A stretch of 59,151 bases of DNA, taken from NCBI GenBank assembly GCA_002305255.1, contig DBQN01000083.1:28642-87792 (forward strand), in the 5' to 3' direction. Below the pieces are notes generated by a model that worked only from the letters and a program-made list of their open reading frames with translations, made no database searches and had not been told where the DNA came from. Within the stretch, counting starts at the first letter, position 1. Every line of letters begins with the position of its first letter. This DNA is from Firmicutes bacterium UBA1393 (GTDB lineage: Bacteria > Bacillota > DTU025). Made by a program: the position numbers and the translations under genes. Positions 10,329 to 20,575 of this stretch are shown in pieces.

Positions 10329-10790
10329 TTAGTCCACCGGCACCGTTATCGACACAGGCGCGAGGCCAACACCCATGGGGGTGAAGGTAAACCTCACATC
10401 AGTCACTATGTAAGAGCCGTCGTCAAAGCAGTTGACTGACGGGATGACGCCATCGCCCACAGTTGCCAGATCAAGGACGCCCACTTTGTAGTTGCCCACC
10501 GGCAACAGCGTGACGTCTATGTCGAACTGATCCTCCTCACCCGGTTCAAGCGTGATGACATATCCGTCAGTGTCGAGCCACTCGACGAGCATCGACGTGT
10601 ACTTGCCGACTCCGAGGTAACCCGTAAGGGTAAACGTGAACTCACCTTCCAGCGGCACACCTGACTGGACGACGATGTAATCGGACTCGTACTCCACTGA
10701 TACGCTGGCCCTCAGGCACCCGGTGGTCATCGATGCAAGAACCAGGACTGCGATGATTAGCAGCCCGCGCACAATGTTCGATCTCTTCAT
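10329..10790 (-). CDS. hypothetical lipoprotein (paralogue of 9774..10265)
   Basis: 153 aa with SD GGGAGG and lipobox MTTGC. The N-terminal region after the Cys resembles its neighbour: VSVEYESDYIVV..FTFTLTGYLGVG versus VVVEFDPNPIDV..VFVTLTLNGVGV. Confidence 0.6.
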   Translation of the reverse strand: MKRSNIVRGLLIIAVLVLASMTTGCLRASVSVEYESDYIVVQSGVPLEGEFTFTLTGYLGVGKYTSMLVEWLDTDGYVITLEPGEEDQFDIDVTLLPVGNYKVGVLDLATVGDGVIPSVNCFDDGSYIVTDVRFTFTPMGVGLAPVSITVPVD

Positions 10791-10875
10791 GGTATCAACC
10801 TCCCACTCATGAATAATAATGAGATGTTCGCGCTGCGCTTCAGTATTCGACGGTTCACATGAAATCCCTGCTATT

Positions 10876-10918
10876 CAAGACAGAAACGCCCGTACCGGGT
10901 CGGAGCCGGTACGGGCGT
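10876..10918 (-). terminator. rho-independent terminator after trxA
   Basis: Perfect 13 bp stem ACGCCCGTACCGG/CCGGTACGGGCGT (10886..10918) with a 7 nt loop. On the minus strand it is followed by UUUCUGUCUU. Confidence 0.7.
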
Positions 10919-10951
10919 GTGCAACTGTGAACTTCGACCGCGTGGGGCGGC

Positions 10952-11290
10952 CTAAGCCTGCGCCCTCTGTATCCTGGCCTTCAGGGCTGCCAGCGGGGTG
11001 ACTCCCACCAGCTTATCGACGGCCTTCCCTGCCTTGAAGATGATCAGCGTGGGGATGCTCATCACACCAAACTTCTGCGCGGAGTCAGGGTTCTCGTCCA
11101 CATTCAGCTTTGCGACTTTCACTCCCGAATCAGCAAGGTCAGCCGCGAGTTGATCTATGATGGGACCTTGCATGCGGCAGGGGCCGCACCACGCTGCCCA
11201 GAAGTCCACAATCGATACGCCCTCAAAGGCGCCGACCTCCTGAGCGAAGTTGGCATCAGTTACCTCAACAGGCTTGTAGCCGGTTGCCAT
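10952..11290 (-). CDS. trxA: thioredoxin
   Basis: Contains the WCGPC active site. The start was moved to MATGYKPVEV (ATG at 11290), preceded by the SD AAGGAGGA. Length is 112 aa. Confidence 0.9.
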   Translation of the reverse strand: MATGYKPVEVTDANFAQEVGAFEGVSIVDFWAAWCGPCRMQGPIIDQLAADLADSGVKVAKLNVDENPDSAQKFGVMSIPTLIIFKAGKAVDKLVGVTPLAALKARIQRAQA

Positions 11291-11359
11291 TATTGCCTCA
11301 ATCCTCCTTATACAGCGGACCCTTGCCCCGAACAATACGGTAGGGGGGTATCCATCAAG

Positions 11360-11389
11360 AGTATATTCCGCGCCCGAAGCGGTTGTCAA
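11360..11389 (-). promoter_or_regulatory. sigma-A type promoter for trxA
   Basis: Minus strand reads TTGACA (11389..11384), an 18 nt spacer, then TATACT (11365..11360). Confidence 0.5.
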
Positions 11390-11406
11390 GCCATGTTGCC
11401 GACTGC

Positions 11407-12192
11407 CTACCCGAGTTCTCCAAGCTCATACATTACCACAGCGGCTACCACAAGCCCAGCGGTTTCGGTGCGCAGAATGCGCGTGCCGAGGCTCAGAGGG
11501 ATCCCCCCGGAGCCGATGATCTCGGCGGCCTCCTCGCCATCGAACCCGCCCTCTGGCCCTATCACCACTCCCAGTCGCTCGATGCCGCGAAGGTCGCAGC
11601 GGGTGAGCGCCTCGCGCAGCCCGGTGCCTGTGGCCAGCTCCCACGGGAACAGCAGGGCGGAACGGGCCTTAGAACGCATGCCGCCCCCTGCGGCGCCTCC
11701 GGCTGCGAACGCGGCCAGTGCATCGCTCAGGCTCAGTATGCCCTCTACCCTCGGCGCCCTACCCATGCCACACTGCTTGGCAGCCTCAGCCGCAATCCTG
11801 CTCCAGCGCTCGGCGCGCCTTCGCGCGGCATCGGGTTCGGGCCTTGCCACCGACCGTGCGGTGAGCACCGGCATGAACCGCGCCACGCCTAGTTCGGTGC
11901 CTTTCTGCACGATGAAGTCCATCTTGTCGCCTTTGGGCAACCCCTGGATGAGCACCAGCTCGATGCCGGGTAACGCCGCGCTGCGAGCGATCTCCGACGC
12001 AACGGTGCCAACCACGCGCGCATCACCCACGGAGTCGATCGCGATTCGGAACTCACGTCCAGAGCCATCTACAGCCTCGATGACATCCCCCTGTGCCAGC
12101 CTGAGCACTCTGGAGATGTGTCGGGCATCGGCACCGGTGATAGTCAGGCGCCCGTCGCCTCCGGGACCCTGCTCAACAAAGAAGCGCCTCAC
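11407..12192 (-). CDS. rsmE: 16S rRNA (uracil1498-N3)-methyltransferase RsmE (YqeU-like)
   Basis: 261 aa with an N-terminal PUA-like region (RRFFV...HISRVLRL) and a C-terminal SPOUT-like region (IGPEGGF). It overlaps the prmA stop by 4 nt, as in the conserved prmA-rsmE pair. Confidence 0.85.
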   Translation of the reverse strand: MRRFFVEQGPGGDGRLTITGADARHISRVLRLAQGDVIEAVDGSGREFRIAIDSVGDARVVGTVASEIARSAALPGIELVLIQGLPKGDKMDFIVQKGTELGVARFMPVLTARSVARPEPDAARRRAERWSRIAAEAAKQCGMGRAPRVEGILSLSDALAAFAAGGAAGGGMRSKARSALLFPWELATGTGLREALTRCDLRGIERLGVVIGPEGGFDGEEAAEIIGSGGIPLSLGTRILRTETAGLVVAAVVMYELGELG

Positions 12193-13151
12193 CGGCTACC
12201 ACCGCCTCCCTCGAGCGCAGGCGCTGATACCAGAGCGTCCCACTCGCCCTCCGTCAGATGGGCGATGACTGCGTGACCGATTGACTCCAGTGCGCTGGCA
12301 ACCCGGTGGACACTTTTGTGGACGTAGCCTGATGAGATGAACCTACCTCCGGGAGCCAGCAACCGGGGAACCTCCGGAGCCAGTTCGATGACTACATCAG
12401 CCAGTATGTTGGCCACAACGACGTCGAACCGACCGTTGACGCCTGACGTCAGGTCTCCTCGCCTCACGGCAATCACGTCGCCAACGCTATTCTCCGCTAC
12501 GTTGGCCTCTGCAGTCTCAACTGCCACGGGGTCGATGTCGATGGCCTCCACCGACGCAGCACCAAGCCTGGCCGCCGCTATGGCGAGCACGCCGGAACCT
12601 GTACCCACGTCGAGAACGCGGCAACCGGGCGTCACACAAGCCTCCAGGGCGCGCGCAGCCAGGCGCGTGGTCTCATGCTGACCCGTACCGAAAGCCTGCC
12701 CCGGGTCTAGCCTGACCACCAACTCATGGGGTTCAGGGGTGTAGTCGAGCCACGACGGCGCGATCACAATGCGCTGTCCCACATGCTCGACTCTGTAATG
12801 CTGCCGCCACGACTGCGACCAGTCCACAGGGTCGACCTGTGACACGTGGAGTTCAGTGCCTTCTCTGAAAGGCGGCGACGCGATGTGACGCCGCACGGCC
12901 TCGACGCGGCACTCGATATCGGCGGCGTCGTCAAGTGCAATATACGCCGTGACGCGCATAGGACCTTCAGGAGGGAGCATCTCCGGGAACATCAGCCCAC
13001 CGATTCCACCCTCTCCCCCACGCGCCGCCGCCTCGCGCATCAGCGACGGGCCGGAGAACGCAGCGCCACTCGCACCGGCTTCAATAAACGCATCAGCGAG
13101 CTCATCAGCGAGGTCCGGGGCGACTTCGGCCCATAGCTCAACCCATCTCAT
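12189..13151 (-). CDS. prmA: ribosomal protein L11 methyltransferase
   Basis: Contains the SAM-binding motif [15 protein letters not shown]. The start was moved to MRWVELW (13151), because the long N-terminal extension in the track overlaps dnaJ. Confidence 0.9.
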   Translation of the reverse strand: MRWVELWAEVAPDLADELADAFIEAGASGAAFSGPSLMREAAARGGEGGIGGLMFPEMLPPEGPMRVTAYIALDDAADIECRVEAVRRHIASPPFREGTELHVSQVDPVDWSQSWRQHYRVEHVGQRIVIAPSWLDYTPEPHELVVRLDPGQAFGTGQHETTRLAARALEACVTPGCRVLDVGTGSGVLAIAAARLGAASVEAIDIDPVAVETAEANVAENSVGDVIAVRRGDLTSGVNGRFDVVVANILADVVIELAPEVPRLLAPGGRFISSGYVHKSVHRVASALESIGHAVIAHLTEGEWDALVSAPALEGGGGSR

Positions 13152-14388
13152 CGTGGGTCCTGTCGGCGCCGGCGGCATCATTGTCCTGCCCAAACAGGCC
13201 GAACAGGCCGCGCCTGGAGTTCTTGCCTCTCTTGTCCTTGCCCTTGCCTCTGCCTGCGCCAGCTGTACCCGCTCCGACTCCGGCGCCTGAACCGCGGGCG
13301 GCCGAGCGTGGCGGCTGACCGGTCTCGATGGCCAGAAGCTCCTCGTAAAGCTCTCGCTCCCTCGCACTCAATGACCTGGGCGTGCTTACCGACACTTCTG
13401 CGATTATGTCGCCCCGGCCATAGCCTCTGAACGCCGGCATCCCCTTGCCCTTTACCCTTACCTCATCGCCGTTCTGCACGCCGGGGCGGAGTCTCAGCCT
13501 TACGGACGAACCGTCGAGCGCCTCAAGCTCGAGTTCGGTACCGAGCGCCGCCTGCGCGAAGGACACAGAAACCTTGGCCCTTAGATCATTGCCGTCTCTG
13601 ACATAGAGACGATGCGGCTTTACGACGACATCGACATAGAGATCACCCGGGGATCCGCCCCTAAGGCCCGCATCGCCCTCGCCTCGCACTCTGAGCCTCA
13701 CGCCGGTGTCAACGCCTGCAGGGATTTCCACCTGTACGCTGGCGTGTTCCTCCCTGCGGCCCTCGCCGCCACAGGCGGGACACGGCTTCTCGATCACCCT
13801 GCCCTGCCCGCCACAGCGGGCACACTGCGTGACCCGGGTGAAGGTACCGAACGGAGTGCTGCTCACCGACTGGACCTTGCCCCTGCCTCCACATGCGGGG
13901 CACGTTACGCGGGACGTGCCGGGCGCAGTACCATAGCCCGAACACTCCTGGCAAGTGCCCATGCGCGAATAGCTGATAGACCGGCTCACGCCTGCGGCTG
14001 CCTCTGCAAGTTCCACGGCCACCGTGTACTTCAGATCGTGCCCCCGAATCGGACCGGCGGCCGGACTCTCCTGCCCAAAGCCTCCGCCGCCGAAAAACGT
14101 CTCGAATATGGTGCTGAATGGATCGAAGCCTCCGAAGTCAGTGGTCCAGCCTCCCTGCTCCGGCCCCGCCTCGGAGCCGTACGCGTCGTACCTTGCGCGC
14201 TTCTCCGGGTCAGACAACACTTGGTAGGCCTCGTTGATCTCCTTGAACTTCGACTCGGCATCTGCGTCGCCGGGGTTCACATCGGGATGGTACTTCCTCG
14301 CAAGGTTCCAGAAGGCCTTCTTGATCTCGGCCTCATCGGCGTTACGCTCCACGCCCAGAACCTGGTAGTAGTCACGGGTTGGGCTCAA
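13138..14388 (-). CDS. dnaJ: molecular chaperone DnaJ
   Basis: J-domain (DYYQVLGV...KYHPD), a G/F-rich region and four CxxCxGxG zinc-finger repeats. Confidence 0.95.
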   Translation of the reverse strand: MSPTRDYYQVLGVERNADEAEIKKAFWNLARKYHPDVNPGDADAESKFKEINEAYQVLSDPEKRARYDAYGSEAGPEQGGWTTDFGGFDPFSTIFETFFGGGGFGQESPAAGPIRGHDLKYTVAVELAEAAAGVSRSISYSRMGTCQECSGYGTAPGTSRVTCPACGGRGKVQSVSSTPFGTFTRVTQCARCGGQGRVIEKPCPACGGEGRREEHASVQVEIPAGVDTGVRLRVRGEGDAGLRGGSPGDLYVDVVVKPHRLYVRDGNDLRAKVSVSFAQAALGTELELEALDGSSVRLRLRPGVQNGDEVRVKGKGMPAFRGYGRGDIIAEVSVSTPRSLSARERELYEELLAIETGQPPRSAARGSGAGVGAGTAGAGRGKGKDKRGKNSRRGLFGLFGQDNDAAGADRTHDEMG

Positions 14389-14398
14389 ATATACCGCC

Positions 14399-15460
14399 TC
14401 ATTCAGTAGATTTGTGCATGTCGAGCCTGGTCAGGAGCTCCGAAAGGCGCTCGGCGACGAAGCCCACCAGCGCTGTGACCATTGAGTAGTCCATGCGTGT
14501 CGGCCCCACTACTGCAATGGCGCCGATCACGCGCCCTCCGGGACCATACGGGGCACTCACTATGCTGCAGTTGCGAAGTTCGTCACGGGAGTTCTCCGAA
14601 CCGATGCTGATCTCAGGGCGCCCGCCGCCCCCTCGCGACGAAGCGCTCAACTCGCTCAGCACCATCCCGTCGGACTCAAGGAACTCCAGTATCGGCCTAG
14701 CCTTCTCGATCTCCTTGAACTCAGGCTGCGCGAGCAGCTTCATCAGCCCGTCTATATGCACCCTGTCTTCATCTGACGAGCGCACAGCGTCTATGAGCAA
14801 CTCGAACATGTCTTCGAGGAATGACGCGTAGGCGCTCACCTCGATCTGCAAGTCGCGGAGGATCCTGCCCCTGATGTCGGCGAGGGTGCTCCCCCTGAGC
14901 CTGTCGTTGAGCACTGCCGACAACCTGTCGAGGTCGGCTGGTGTCATGGAATGCTCGATAGCGAGCAGTCGGTGCTCAACGAGGCCGGAGCTCGTCACAA
15001 CGACCACCAGCACGGAATCTGAACCCAGCGGCACCAGCTGGATATGGTGTATCCGGGCGCCCTTCACCGCGGGGCCGACTACTACCGACGCATACTGGCT
15101 CATCTCGCCCAGAACCTTCGCAGTGGCTCGAACGAGCGAACGTATCTCGTCGCGCCTGCGCCCGTACTCCGCCCGGATGCGCGACTTCTCAACCTCGCTG
15201 ATGCTGCGTCCGAGCATGAGAGCGTCTACGTAGAACCGGTAGCCCTTGTCAGACGGGATCCGGCCTGCCGACGCGTGCGGCTGCTCAAGATAACCCTCTT
15301 CCTCGAGGTCAGCCATTTCATTGCGGATGGTGGCCGGGCTGATCCCCATGTCATACTTGCGCGCGATGGTTCGGGAGCCTACCGGCTCTGCGGTGCTGAT
15401 GTAGTCGTCGGTCACGGCCCGAAGGATAGCCTGCTTCCTCTCGGCCATTGGCTCAGCCAC
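14399..15460 (-). CDS. hrcA: heat-inducible transcription repressor HrcA
   Basis: 353 aa with an N-terminal wHTH ([22 protein letters not shown]). A CIRCE operator lies immediately upstream. Confidence 0.95.
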   Translation of the reverse strand: MAEPMAERKQAILRAVTDDYISTAEPVGSRTIARKYDMGISPATIRNEMADLEEEGYLEQPHASAGRIPSDKGYRFYVDALMLGRSISEVEKSRIRAEYGRRRDEIRSLVRATAKVLGEMSQYASVVVGPAVKGARIHHIQLVPLGSDSVLVVVVTSSGLVEHRLLAIEHSMTPADLDRLSAVLNDRLRGSTLADIRGRILRDLQIEVSAYASFLEDMFELLIDAVRSSDEDRVHIDGLMKLLAQPEFKEIEKARPILEFLESDGMVLSELSASSRGGGGRPEISIGSENSRDELRNCSIVSAPYGPGGRVIGAIAVVGPTRMDYSMVTALVGFVAERLSELLTRLDMHKSTE

Positions 15461-15488
15461 TGGCTCACCTCACCCTCATTAAACGTGA

Positions 15489-15515
15489 TTAGCACTCTAG
15501 AGTCAGGAGTGCTAA
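15489..15515 (-). promoter_or_regulatory. CIRCE operator (HrcA binding site)
   Basis: Perfect TTAGCACTC-N9-GAGTGCTAA inverted repeat, located 29 nt upstream of the hrcA start. Confidence 0.9.
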
Positions 15516-15519
15516 TGAA

Positions 15520-15548
15520 AATCTAGCACTGCATGGCCCCGGTGTCAA
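15520..15548 (-). promoter_or_regulatory. sigma-A type promoter of the hrcA-dnaJ operon
   Basis: Minus strand reads TTGACA (15548..15543), a 17 nt spacer, then TAGATT (15525..15520). CIRCE starts 5 nt downstream of the -10 element. Confidence 0.6.
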
Positions 15549-15706
15549 GGAAGCCCGTCTCACCCACTCCAGGGCGACTCGCCGCGCTACGCTGCTCGGC
15601 GGCTGCAGCGATGGCCTCCCGAACCCATTGTCTCGATTTCGCCCACATAGTCTCGTCTCGCCCGGCGAGCTTGCGGCAGGCGACCGGGGCGCCCAAGAGG
15701 CGCGCG

Positions 15707-16921
15707 CTATCTGAGGCTGTCTACCAGCACCAGGTTGGAGATGAGCATGGCTTGCGGAGCGATTTTGACACGGGCGCCATCGATCTCCACAAGGCGCTGC
15801 GTCTGCCGCTCGCGCATGAGGGGCATGAGCGAAGCCGACAGGTCCGTGCCGCACTCTGCGTCGATCTCGTGAAGGTCCACCCCCGCCGCAGTGCGCAGCC
15901 CGAGCATCACCCTGTCACGTGCTTCGGCCTCTGCGTCGAGGGTTTCACGCCCATCCTCCGGGCTCTCCCTTGACATGACCTTGCGCACGTACTCCTGCGT
16001 GCTCGCTGTATTCCACGATCGCACCCAGCTGGGCATGGGTTCCGTCGCGGCAGCTGAGCCCAAGTCGAGGGTTGCCAGCGAACTCGGAAGATGTGAATGA
16101 GCGGCTGGGCCGAGGCCAACGTACATCCCGCCTCGCCAGTATCCCAGGTTGTGCACACACTCGCGCCCGCCAAGGGCGAAGTTCGATACCTCATACCTGG
16201 CGTAACCAGCCCTGCTCAGCGCTTCGACGACGACTTCGTACAACTTGGCAGTGTCATCGGCATCAGGCACCGTCGTCTCGCCCAAGCTGACGCTGCGCTC
16301 GAGAGGCGTGCCTGTCTCCAGTTGAAGGCAGTAAGCACTGACATGCTCGGGCGGTCGATCCAGGGCCAGGAAGCCCGCCAATGTACGTCTGAGGCTGTCG
16401 GGCGTCTGGCCAGGCGCACCCAGGATGAGATCGACACTGATGTTTTCGAATCCGGCGGCCCGGGCGTCGTCGACGGCGGAAAGTGCCTGCTCCGCTGTGT
16501 GCACCCGCCCAAGCACCGCAAGCTCGCGCGGATCGAGGCTCTGCACTCCGATGGAGAGCCTGTTGACGCCTGCTCTGCGAAGCCGGCTGAGGCCGGCGCG
16601 GCTGATTGTGGCGGGATTGGCCTCCACGGTGAACTCGATCTCACCCGTTGCCCCGGGGGCTTGCGCTGCGCTCTGCGCAAGCATGGCCACGAGCGACTCA
16701 AGCTCACGCAGGGGCAGGCAGGTCGGCGTGCCGCCGCCGATGAAGACGCTCGTGATAGGGGCTATCCCCCGAATGCGCGGGGCGGCCCGCTCGAGCTCGA
16801 GCTTGACGGCCTCAAGATAAGACGGCACCAGCCCGCCTGCGTCAGCGAGCGGGCTGGACACGAAATCGCAGTAGGCACACTTGCGCACGCAGAACGGCAC
16901 ATGCACGTAGATAGAGCCCAC
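15707..16921 (-). CDS. hemW: radical SAM heme chaperone HemW (HemN-like, oxygen-independent coproporphyrinogen oxidase family)
   Basis: Begins MGSIYVHVPFCVRKCAYCDF, giving the CxxxCxxC motif. It sits in the lepA-hemN-hrcA synteny. Confidence 0.9.
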   Translation of the reverse strand: MGSIYVHVPFCVRKCAYCDFVSSPLADAGGLVPSYLEAVKLELERAAPRIRGIAPITSVFIGGGTPTCLPLRELESLVAMLAQSAAQAPGATGEIEFTVEANPATISRAGLSRLRRAGVNRLSIGVQSLDPRELAVLGRVHTAEQALSAVDDARAAGFENISVDLILGAPGQTPDSLRRTLAGFLALDRPPEHVSAYCLQLETGTPLERSVSLGETTVPDADDTAKLYEVVVEALSRAGYARYEVSNFALGGRECVHNLGYWRGGMYVGLGPAAHSHLPSSLATLDLGSAAATEPMPSWVRSWNTASTQEYVRKVMSRESPEDGRETLDAEAEARDRVMLGLRTAAGVDLHEIDAECGTDLSASLMPLMRERQTQRLVEIDGARVKIAPQAMLISNLVLVDSLR

Positions 16922-16926
16922 CTCGG

Positions 16927-18729
16927 TCAGTCCTCGTCAGTCGCAAGTACCGCCATGAACGCCTCCTGCGGGATCTCCACCGATCCAAACTGCTTCATGC
17001 GGCGCTTGCCCTCTTTCTGCTTCTCAAGCAGTTTGCGCTTGCGCGAGACATCGCCACCGTAGCACTTGGCAAGCACGTCTTTGCGCACGGCCTTCACGGT
17101 CTCCCTGGCGACAACCTTGGCACCTATGGCGGCCTGGATCGGCACATCAAAGAGCTGCCTGGGTATGAGCTTGCGAAGCCTCTCCACCAGCACCCTGCCG
17201 CGCCTTTCAGAGAAGGAGCGATGTACGATGAACGACAGGGCGTCAACGGGCCTTCCGTTGACAAGGATATCGAGCTTCACCAGGTCGGCGGCGCGGTATT
17301 CGAGGAACTCGTAGTCGAGCGAGGCATAGCCCCTGGTGCGCGACTTGAGTTTGTCGAAGAAGTCGAAAAGGATCTCTGCAAGCGGTATGTCATAGATCGC
17401 CCTGACCCTCGTGGGCGTGGCGAACTGCAAGTCATGCAGGCTGCCCCTCCGCTCAGTGGCGAGGTCCATCACCTGCCCTACGTAGTCGCTGGGCACGAAC
17501 ACCGTGGCACGCACGTAGGGCTCCTCGATGACCTCGATCCTGTTCGTAGGCGGCAAGTTGGCGGGGTTATCTATGTCGAGCTGCTCCTGAGATGTGGTGA
17601 TCACCCTGTACACAACCGACGGCGCGGTAGTTATCAGCTCAAGACCGTATTCCCTCTCCAGCCTCTCCTGCACGATCTCCATGTGAAGCAGGCCCAGAAA
17701 GCCGCATCTGAAGCCGAAGCCCAAGGCGACGGAGGTTTCGGGCTCATAGAGTATCGAGGCGTCGTTCAGCTTCAGCTTGTCGAGGGCTTCCCTGAGGTCG
17801 GTGTAGGCAGATGTGTCCACCGGATACATGCCGCAATACACCATTGGTATGGCAGGCCTGTAGCCGGCCAGCGGCTCAGCCGCCCTGTTCGACACCTTCG
17901 TCACCGTGTCTCCCACAGATGCATCGGCCAGCTGCTTGATCTGCGCGGCCAGATAGCCGACCTCGCCCGCACCGAGCGAGGACACGGGCTGCATCCCAGG
18001 TGTGAACACGCCCAGCTCAGTCACGCCGTATTGCCGGCCGTTACTCATCATCACCGCCTCGTCGCCGACGGCGAGAGAGCCCTCGAACACCCTGATGTGG
18101 GCGATCACTCCCCGGTAGGGATCGAAGTTGGAGTCGAAGATGAGCGCCCTGAGCGGCCCACCAGAGTCGCCCGAAGGCGGCGGCACCTTGCGGACGATGG
18201 CGTCCAGCACAGTCTCAACACCCAGTCCTGTCTTGGCGCTAACCATGAGCACCTCATCGGGTTTGACGCCCAGCAAGTCCACGAGCTCGGCCCTGACCGC
18301 CTCAGGTTCTGCGTTGGGCAGGTCAACTTTGTTCACGACTGGGATTATCTCAAGGCCGTGATCTACCGCAAGATAGAGGTTGGCCAGGGTTTGGGCTTGC
18401 ACTCCTTGGGTGGCGTCGACGACGAGCACCGCGCCTTCACATGCGGCCAGCGAGCGCGACACTTCGTAAGTGAAATCCACATGGCCAGGCGTGTCTATGA
18501 GGTTGAGCACGTAGCGTTCGCCGTCAGTGTGGTCATAGTCGATCCTGACTGGCTTGAGCTTGATGGTTATGCCCCGTTCGCGCTCTAGGTCCATCCTGTC
18601 GAGCACCTGCTCGGTCATGGATCGGCGGTCTATGGCCCCTGTCATCTCGAGAATTCTGTCAGCCAGCGTTGACTTGCCGTGGTCTATGTGGGCGATGATG
18701 CAGAAGTTGCGGATCTTGCTTGTGTCCAT
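16927..18729 (-). CDS. lepA: translation elongation factor 4 (LepA)
   Basis: The start was moved to [25 protein letters not shown] (ATG at 18729, SD GAGGTG). Length is 600 aa, with the G1 motif AHIDHGKST. Confidence 0.95.
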   Translation of the reverse strand: MDTSKIRNFCIIAHIDHGKSTLADRILEMTGAIDRRSMTEQVLDRMDLERERGITIKLKPVRIDYDHTDGERYVLNLIDTPGHVDFTYEVSRSLAACEGAVLVVDATQGVQAQTLANLYLAVDHGLEIIPVVNKVDLPNAEPEAVRAELVDLLGVKPDEVLMVSAKTGLGVETVLDAIVRKVPPPSGDSGGPLRALIFDSNFDPYRGVIAHIRVFEGSLAVGDEAVMMSNGRQYGVTELGVFTPGMQPVSSLGAGEVGYLAAQIKQLADASVGDTVTKVSNRAAEPLAGYRPAIPMVYCGMYPVDTSAYTDLREALDKLKLNDASILYEPETSVALGFGFRCGFLGLLHMEIVQERLEREYGLELITTAPSVVYRVITTSQEQLDIDNPANLPPTNRIEVIEEPYVRATVFVPSDYVGQVMDLATERRGSLHDLQFATPTRVRAIYDIPLAEILFDFFDKLKSRTRGYASLDYEFLEYRAADLVKLDILVNGRPVDALSFIVHRSFSERRGRVLVERLRKLIPRQLFDVPIQAAIGAKVVARETVKAVRKDVLAKCYGGDVSRKRKLLEKQKEGKRRMKQFGSVEIPQEAFMAVLATDED

Positions 18730-18783
18730 GTTCACCTCAGGGCGTAGCTGGTGTGGTGCGCTATTACCTTCCGTAATTATAGC

Positions 18784-18808
18784 ACAAAGGCAGAGGGTCA
18801 CCTCTGCC
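18784..18808 (-). terminator. stem-loop/terminator upstream of the lepA promoter
   Basis: Stem GGCAGAGG/CCTCTGCC (18789..18808) with a 4 nt loop. On the minus strand it is followed by UUUGU and then an extended -10 element TGCTATAAT (18784..18776). Confidence 0.45.
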
Positions 18809-19025
18809 TCTGTTCGATGCGCACTTCGACGCGTGAGCCCCAGGCATTGAAACCGAATAACAGTCTCCCGCCGCCTGCGCCATCCGCACTTCCTTCCGTC
18901 CGCCGAGCTCGAGCCGCCACCCATGCCTCATTGCTGCCCACTCCGAGGGTCATCGACGACCGCATGTCAGCCGCGTCAATGGCCATCGCCACCACCGCGA
19001 GAGCCAGCATGCACGAGAGCCACAT
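18798..19025 (-). CDS. candidate small membrane protein in the spoIIP-lepA gap (positional analogue of B. subtilis yqxA)
   Basis: ATG lies 5 nt after the spoIIP stop. The product is [21 protein letters not shown]... (75 aa) with a hydrophobic N-terminus. There is no clear SD, and the stop lies in the terminator loop. Confidence 0.3.
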   Translation of the reverse strand: MWLSCMLALAVVAMAIDAADMRSSMTLGVGSNEAWVAARARRTEGSADGAGGGRLLFGFNAWGSRVEVRIEQRQR

Positions 19026-19029
19026 GGCG

Positions 19030-20541
19030 CTATAGAACAGCAGCGATCGCGCGAGCGACGTACCTGGCCGATCTTGTGGCCTCCTCAAGAGTGTTCGTTG
19101 TCCCCCCGATCTCCACGATGATCGCATGATCATGCATCTGCTGGTTGAACCTGCCGCCCTTGTGGATAGCGACTCCCCTGCTCAAGCCCGGAGCCACCTT
19201 GTCAAGCGCCGCGCTGACTTTGAGCGCGAACGCATAGTTCGCCCTCCAGTTAGGGTGTGCCAGACCAGAGCTTTCATTCGAGACGATGAATATCACCCTG
19301 GCGCACTTCTGCCCTGCTATGGTGACGGGTTTCAGCGACGCCGAGTCGGCAGGCACCGCGTCTCTGTGCACATCGATGATTGCCTGGATGTCTGGCGCGT
19401 CTTTCAGTATCGAACTGATCGTGGTCGCGGCCGAGGCGTAGCTCTTCGTCCAGTTCGGATAGTCATGCACCTTGGTGGAGTGTATGACCTCGACGCCGGC
19501 CTTCTTGAGCTCCTCAGCAAGTACGGCGCCTACCTGCACCACGCCGTCGGTCTTGCCCCAGCGATAGTCCGAGCCCTGCGATGCTCTATACGCCTCTGAG
19601 CTGTGCGTATGCAACACGGCCACCTGCGGCCCGGCCTGCGCCTTTGCCGCGCGCGTGGAAGACGTCGAGGTCGCCCGATTGCTGCCGGCAGCGGACGCCG
19701 TTGCCTGCTTTGCAGACACCGCTGAGGTCGCCGCCGCCGGCTCTGCAGCCGATATGGAGAGCTCGGCACTTCCCGCGGTTGACGCCGGTGACGCCGGCGA
19801 TACAGACTGGGCCGGCGGTACGACCGACGCAGGCGCTACGGGCGAAGTCGCCGCGGAAGCCGCCAACGCCGTAGAATTCGCCGACGGCGATTGCGCTGAT
19901 TGCGCGGCGGGCGCCGCTAATGACGTCGGCGCGCCAGACGCATCGCTCGTAGCTGCAACCCAGGGCTCTACCGGCACTGCCGACGCCTCAAGCAGGTCCT
20001 GGCGGCCACCTGATGCCACGGATCTCGCTGCAACAGCCCCTGCGCGAAGCGTACCCGACACAGCGGGGATCTCTGGCTCCATCAGCACAGGCAGCTCAGC
20101 GCGGATCATGGTGCGTGGATCCTCGGGGTCGAGGCCACCCATGGTGTCGAGGGCCGCTCTGATAAGCATGTCGCCGAAGGATCTCATCCTATCTTCGTCC
20201 GATGATGATGGAGCGCCTGTGTTCCTTGCCGAAGCAGGGCGCACAAGATCAAGCACGTGGTAGGCCGCATCTTTCAGGCGTTCCACAATGCTCAAGCGCC
20301 CACCGCCGGCGCCCTGGCTCCCGCCCTGGGCCGACGACGAGGTCGACGCAGGTACCGCGTTTTCCCGGTTCGCCCGCAATCCGATGACAACGACTCCCGC
20401 TGTCAGAGCCAAGGCCAGGTACACCGCAAAGAGCCGGCCCATCACCGGCGCCAGACCACCCCGCGCCCTCGCCCGCCGGCGCGCCGACCGGTTCCTCACC
20501 GTTCTCCTCTGCTGCACACGAGTCACCTCTCCGTGCAGCAT
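19030..20541 (-). CDS. spoIIP: stage II sporulation protein P (SpoIIP amidase/endopeptidase family)
   Basis: The C-terminal 230 aa match the SpoIIP pattern (VAVLHTHSSEAY...IIDVHRDAV...IVEIGG). The N-terminus has a TM helix and a long Ala/Ser-rich linker. It lies in gpr-spoIIP synteny. Confidence 0.9.
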   Translation of the reverse strand: MLHGEVTRVQQRRTVRNRSARRRARARGGLAPVMGRLFAVYLALALTAGVVVIGLRANRENAVPASTSSSAQGGSQGAGGGRLSIVERLKDAAYHVLDLVRPASARNTGAPSSSDEDRMRSFGDMLIRAALDTMGGLDPEDPRTMIRAELPVLMEPEIPAVSGTLRAGAVAARSVASGGRQDLLEASAVPVEPWVAATSDASGAPTSLAAPAAQSAQSPSANSTALAASAATSPVAPASVVPPAQSVSPASPASTAGSAELSISAAEPAAATSAVSAKQATASAAGSNRATSTSSTRAAKAQAGPQVAVLHTHSSEAYRASQGSDYRWGKTDGVVQVGAVLAEELKKAGVEVIHSTKVHDYPNWTKSYASAATTISSILKDAPDIQAIIDVHRDAVPADSASLKPVTIAGQKCARVIFIVSNESSGLAHPNWRANYAFALKVSAALDKVAPGLSRGVAIHKGGRFNQQMHDHAIIVEIGGTTNTLEEATRSARYVARAIAAVL

Positions 20542-20575
20542 ATGCCCTGCGGAAAGCGGCTATGACGAGGCGGCG

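Noticed and set aside
11150-12268. 372 aa ORF on the + strand
   Set aside because: It is antisense to trxA and rsmE, with the Ser/Pro/Ala/Arg-rich composition of an off-frame GC-rich translation.
17221-18588. 455 aa ORF on the + strand
   Set aside because: It is antisense to the unambiguous lepA gene. The product is Arg/Gly/His/Pro-rich with no recognisable motif, which is typical of a long spurious frame in GC-rich DNA.
18730-18924. 65-codon N-terminal extension of lepA in the ORF track (similar extensions occur on rpsU, trxA, prmA, nadD, comEA, patatin and the first M42 gene)
   Set aside because: Internal starts restore the canonical N-termini and are preceded by good SD sequences. The extensions are Arg-rich and overlap upstream genes or terminators.
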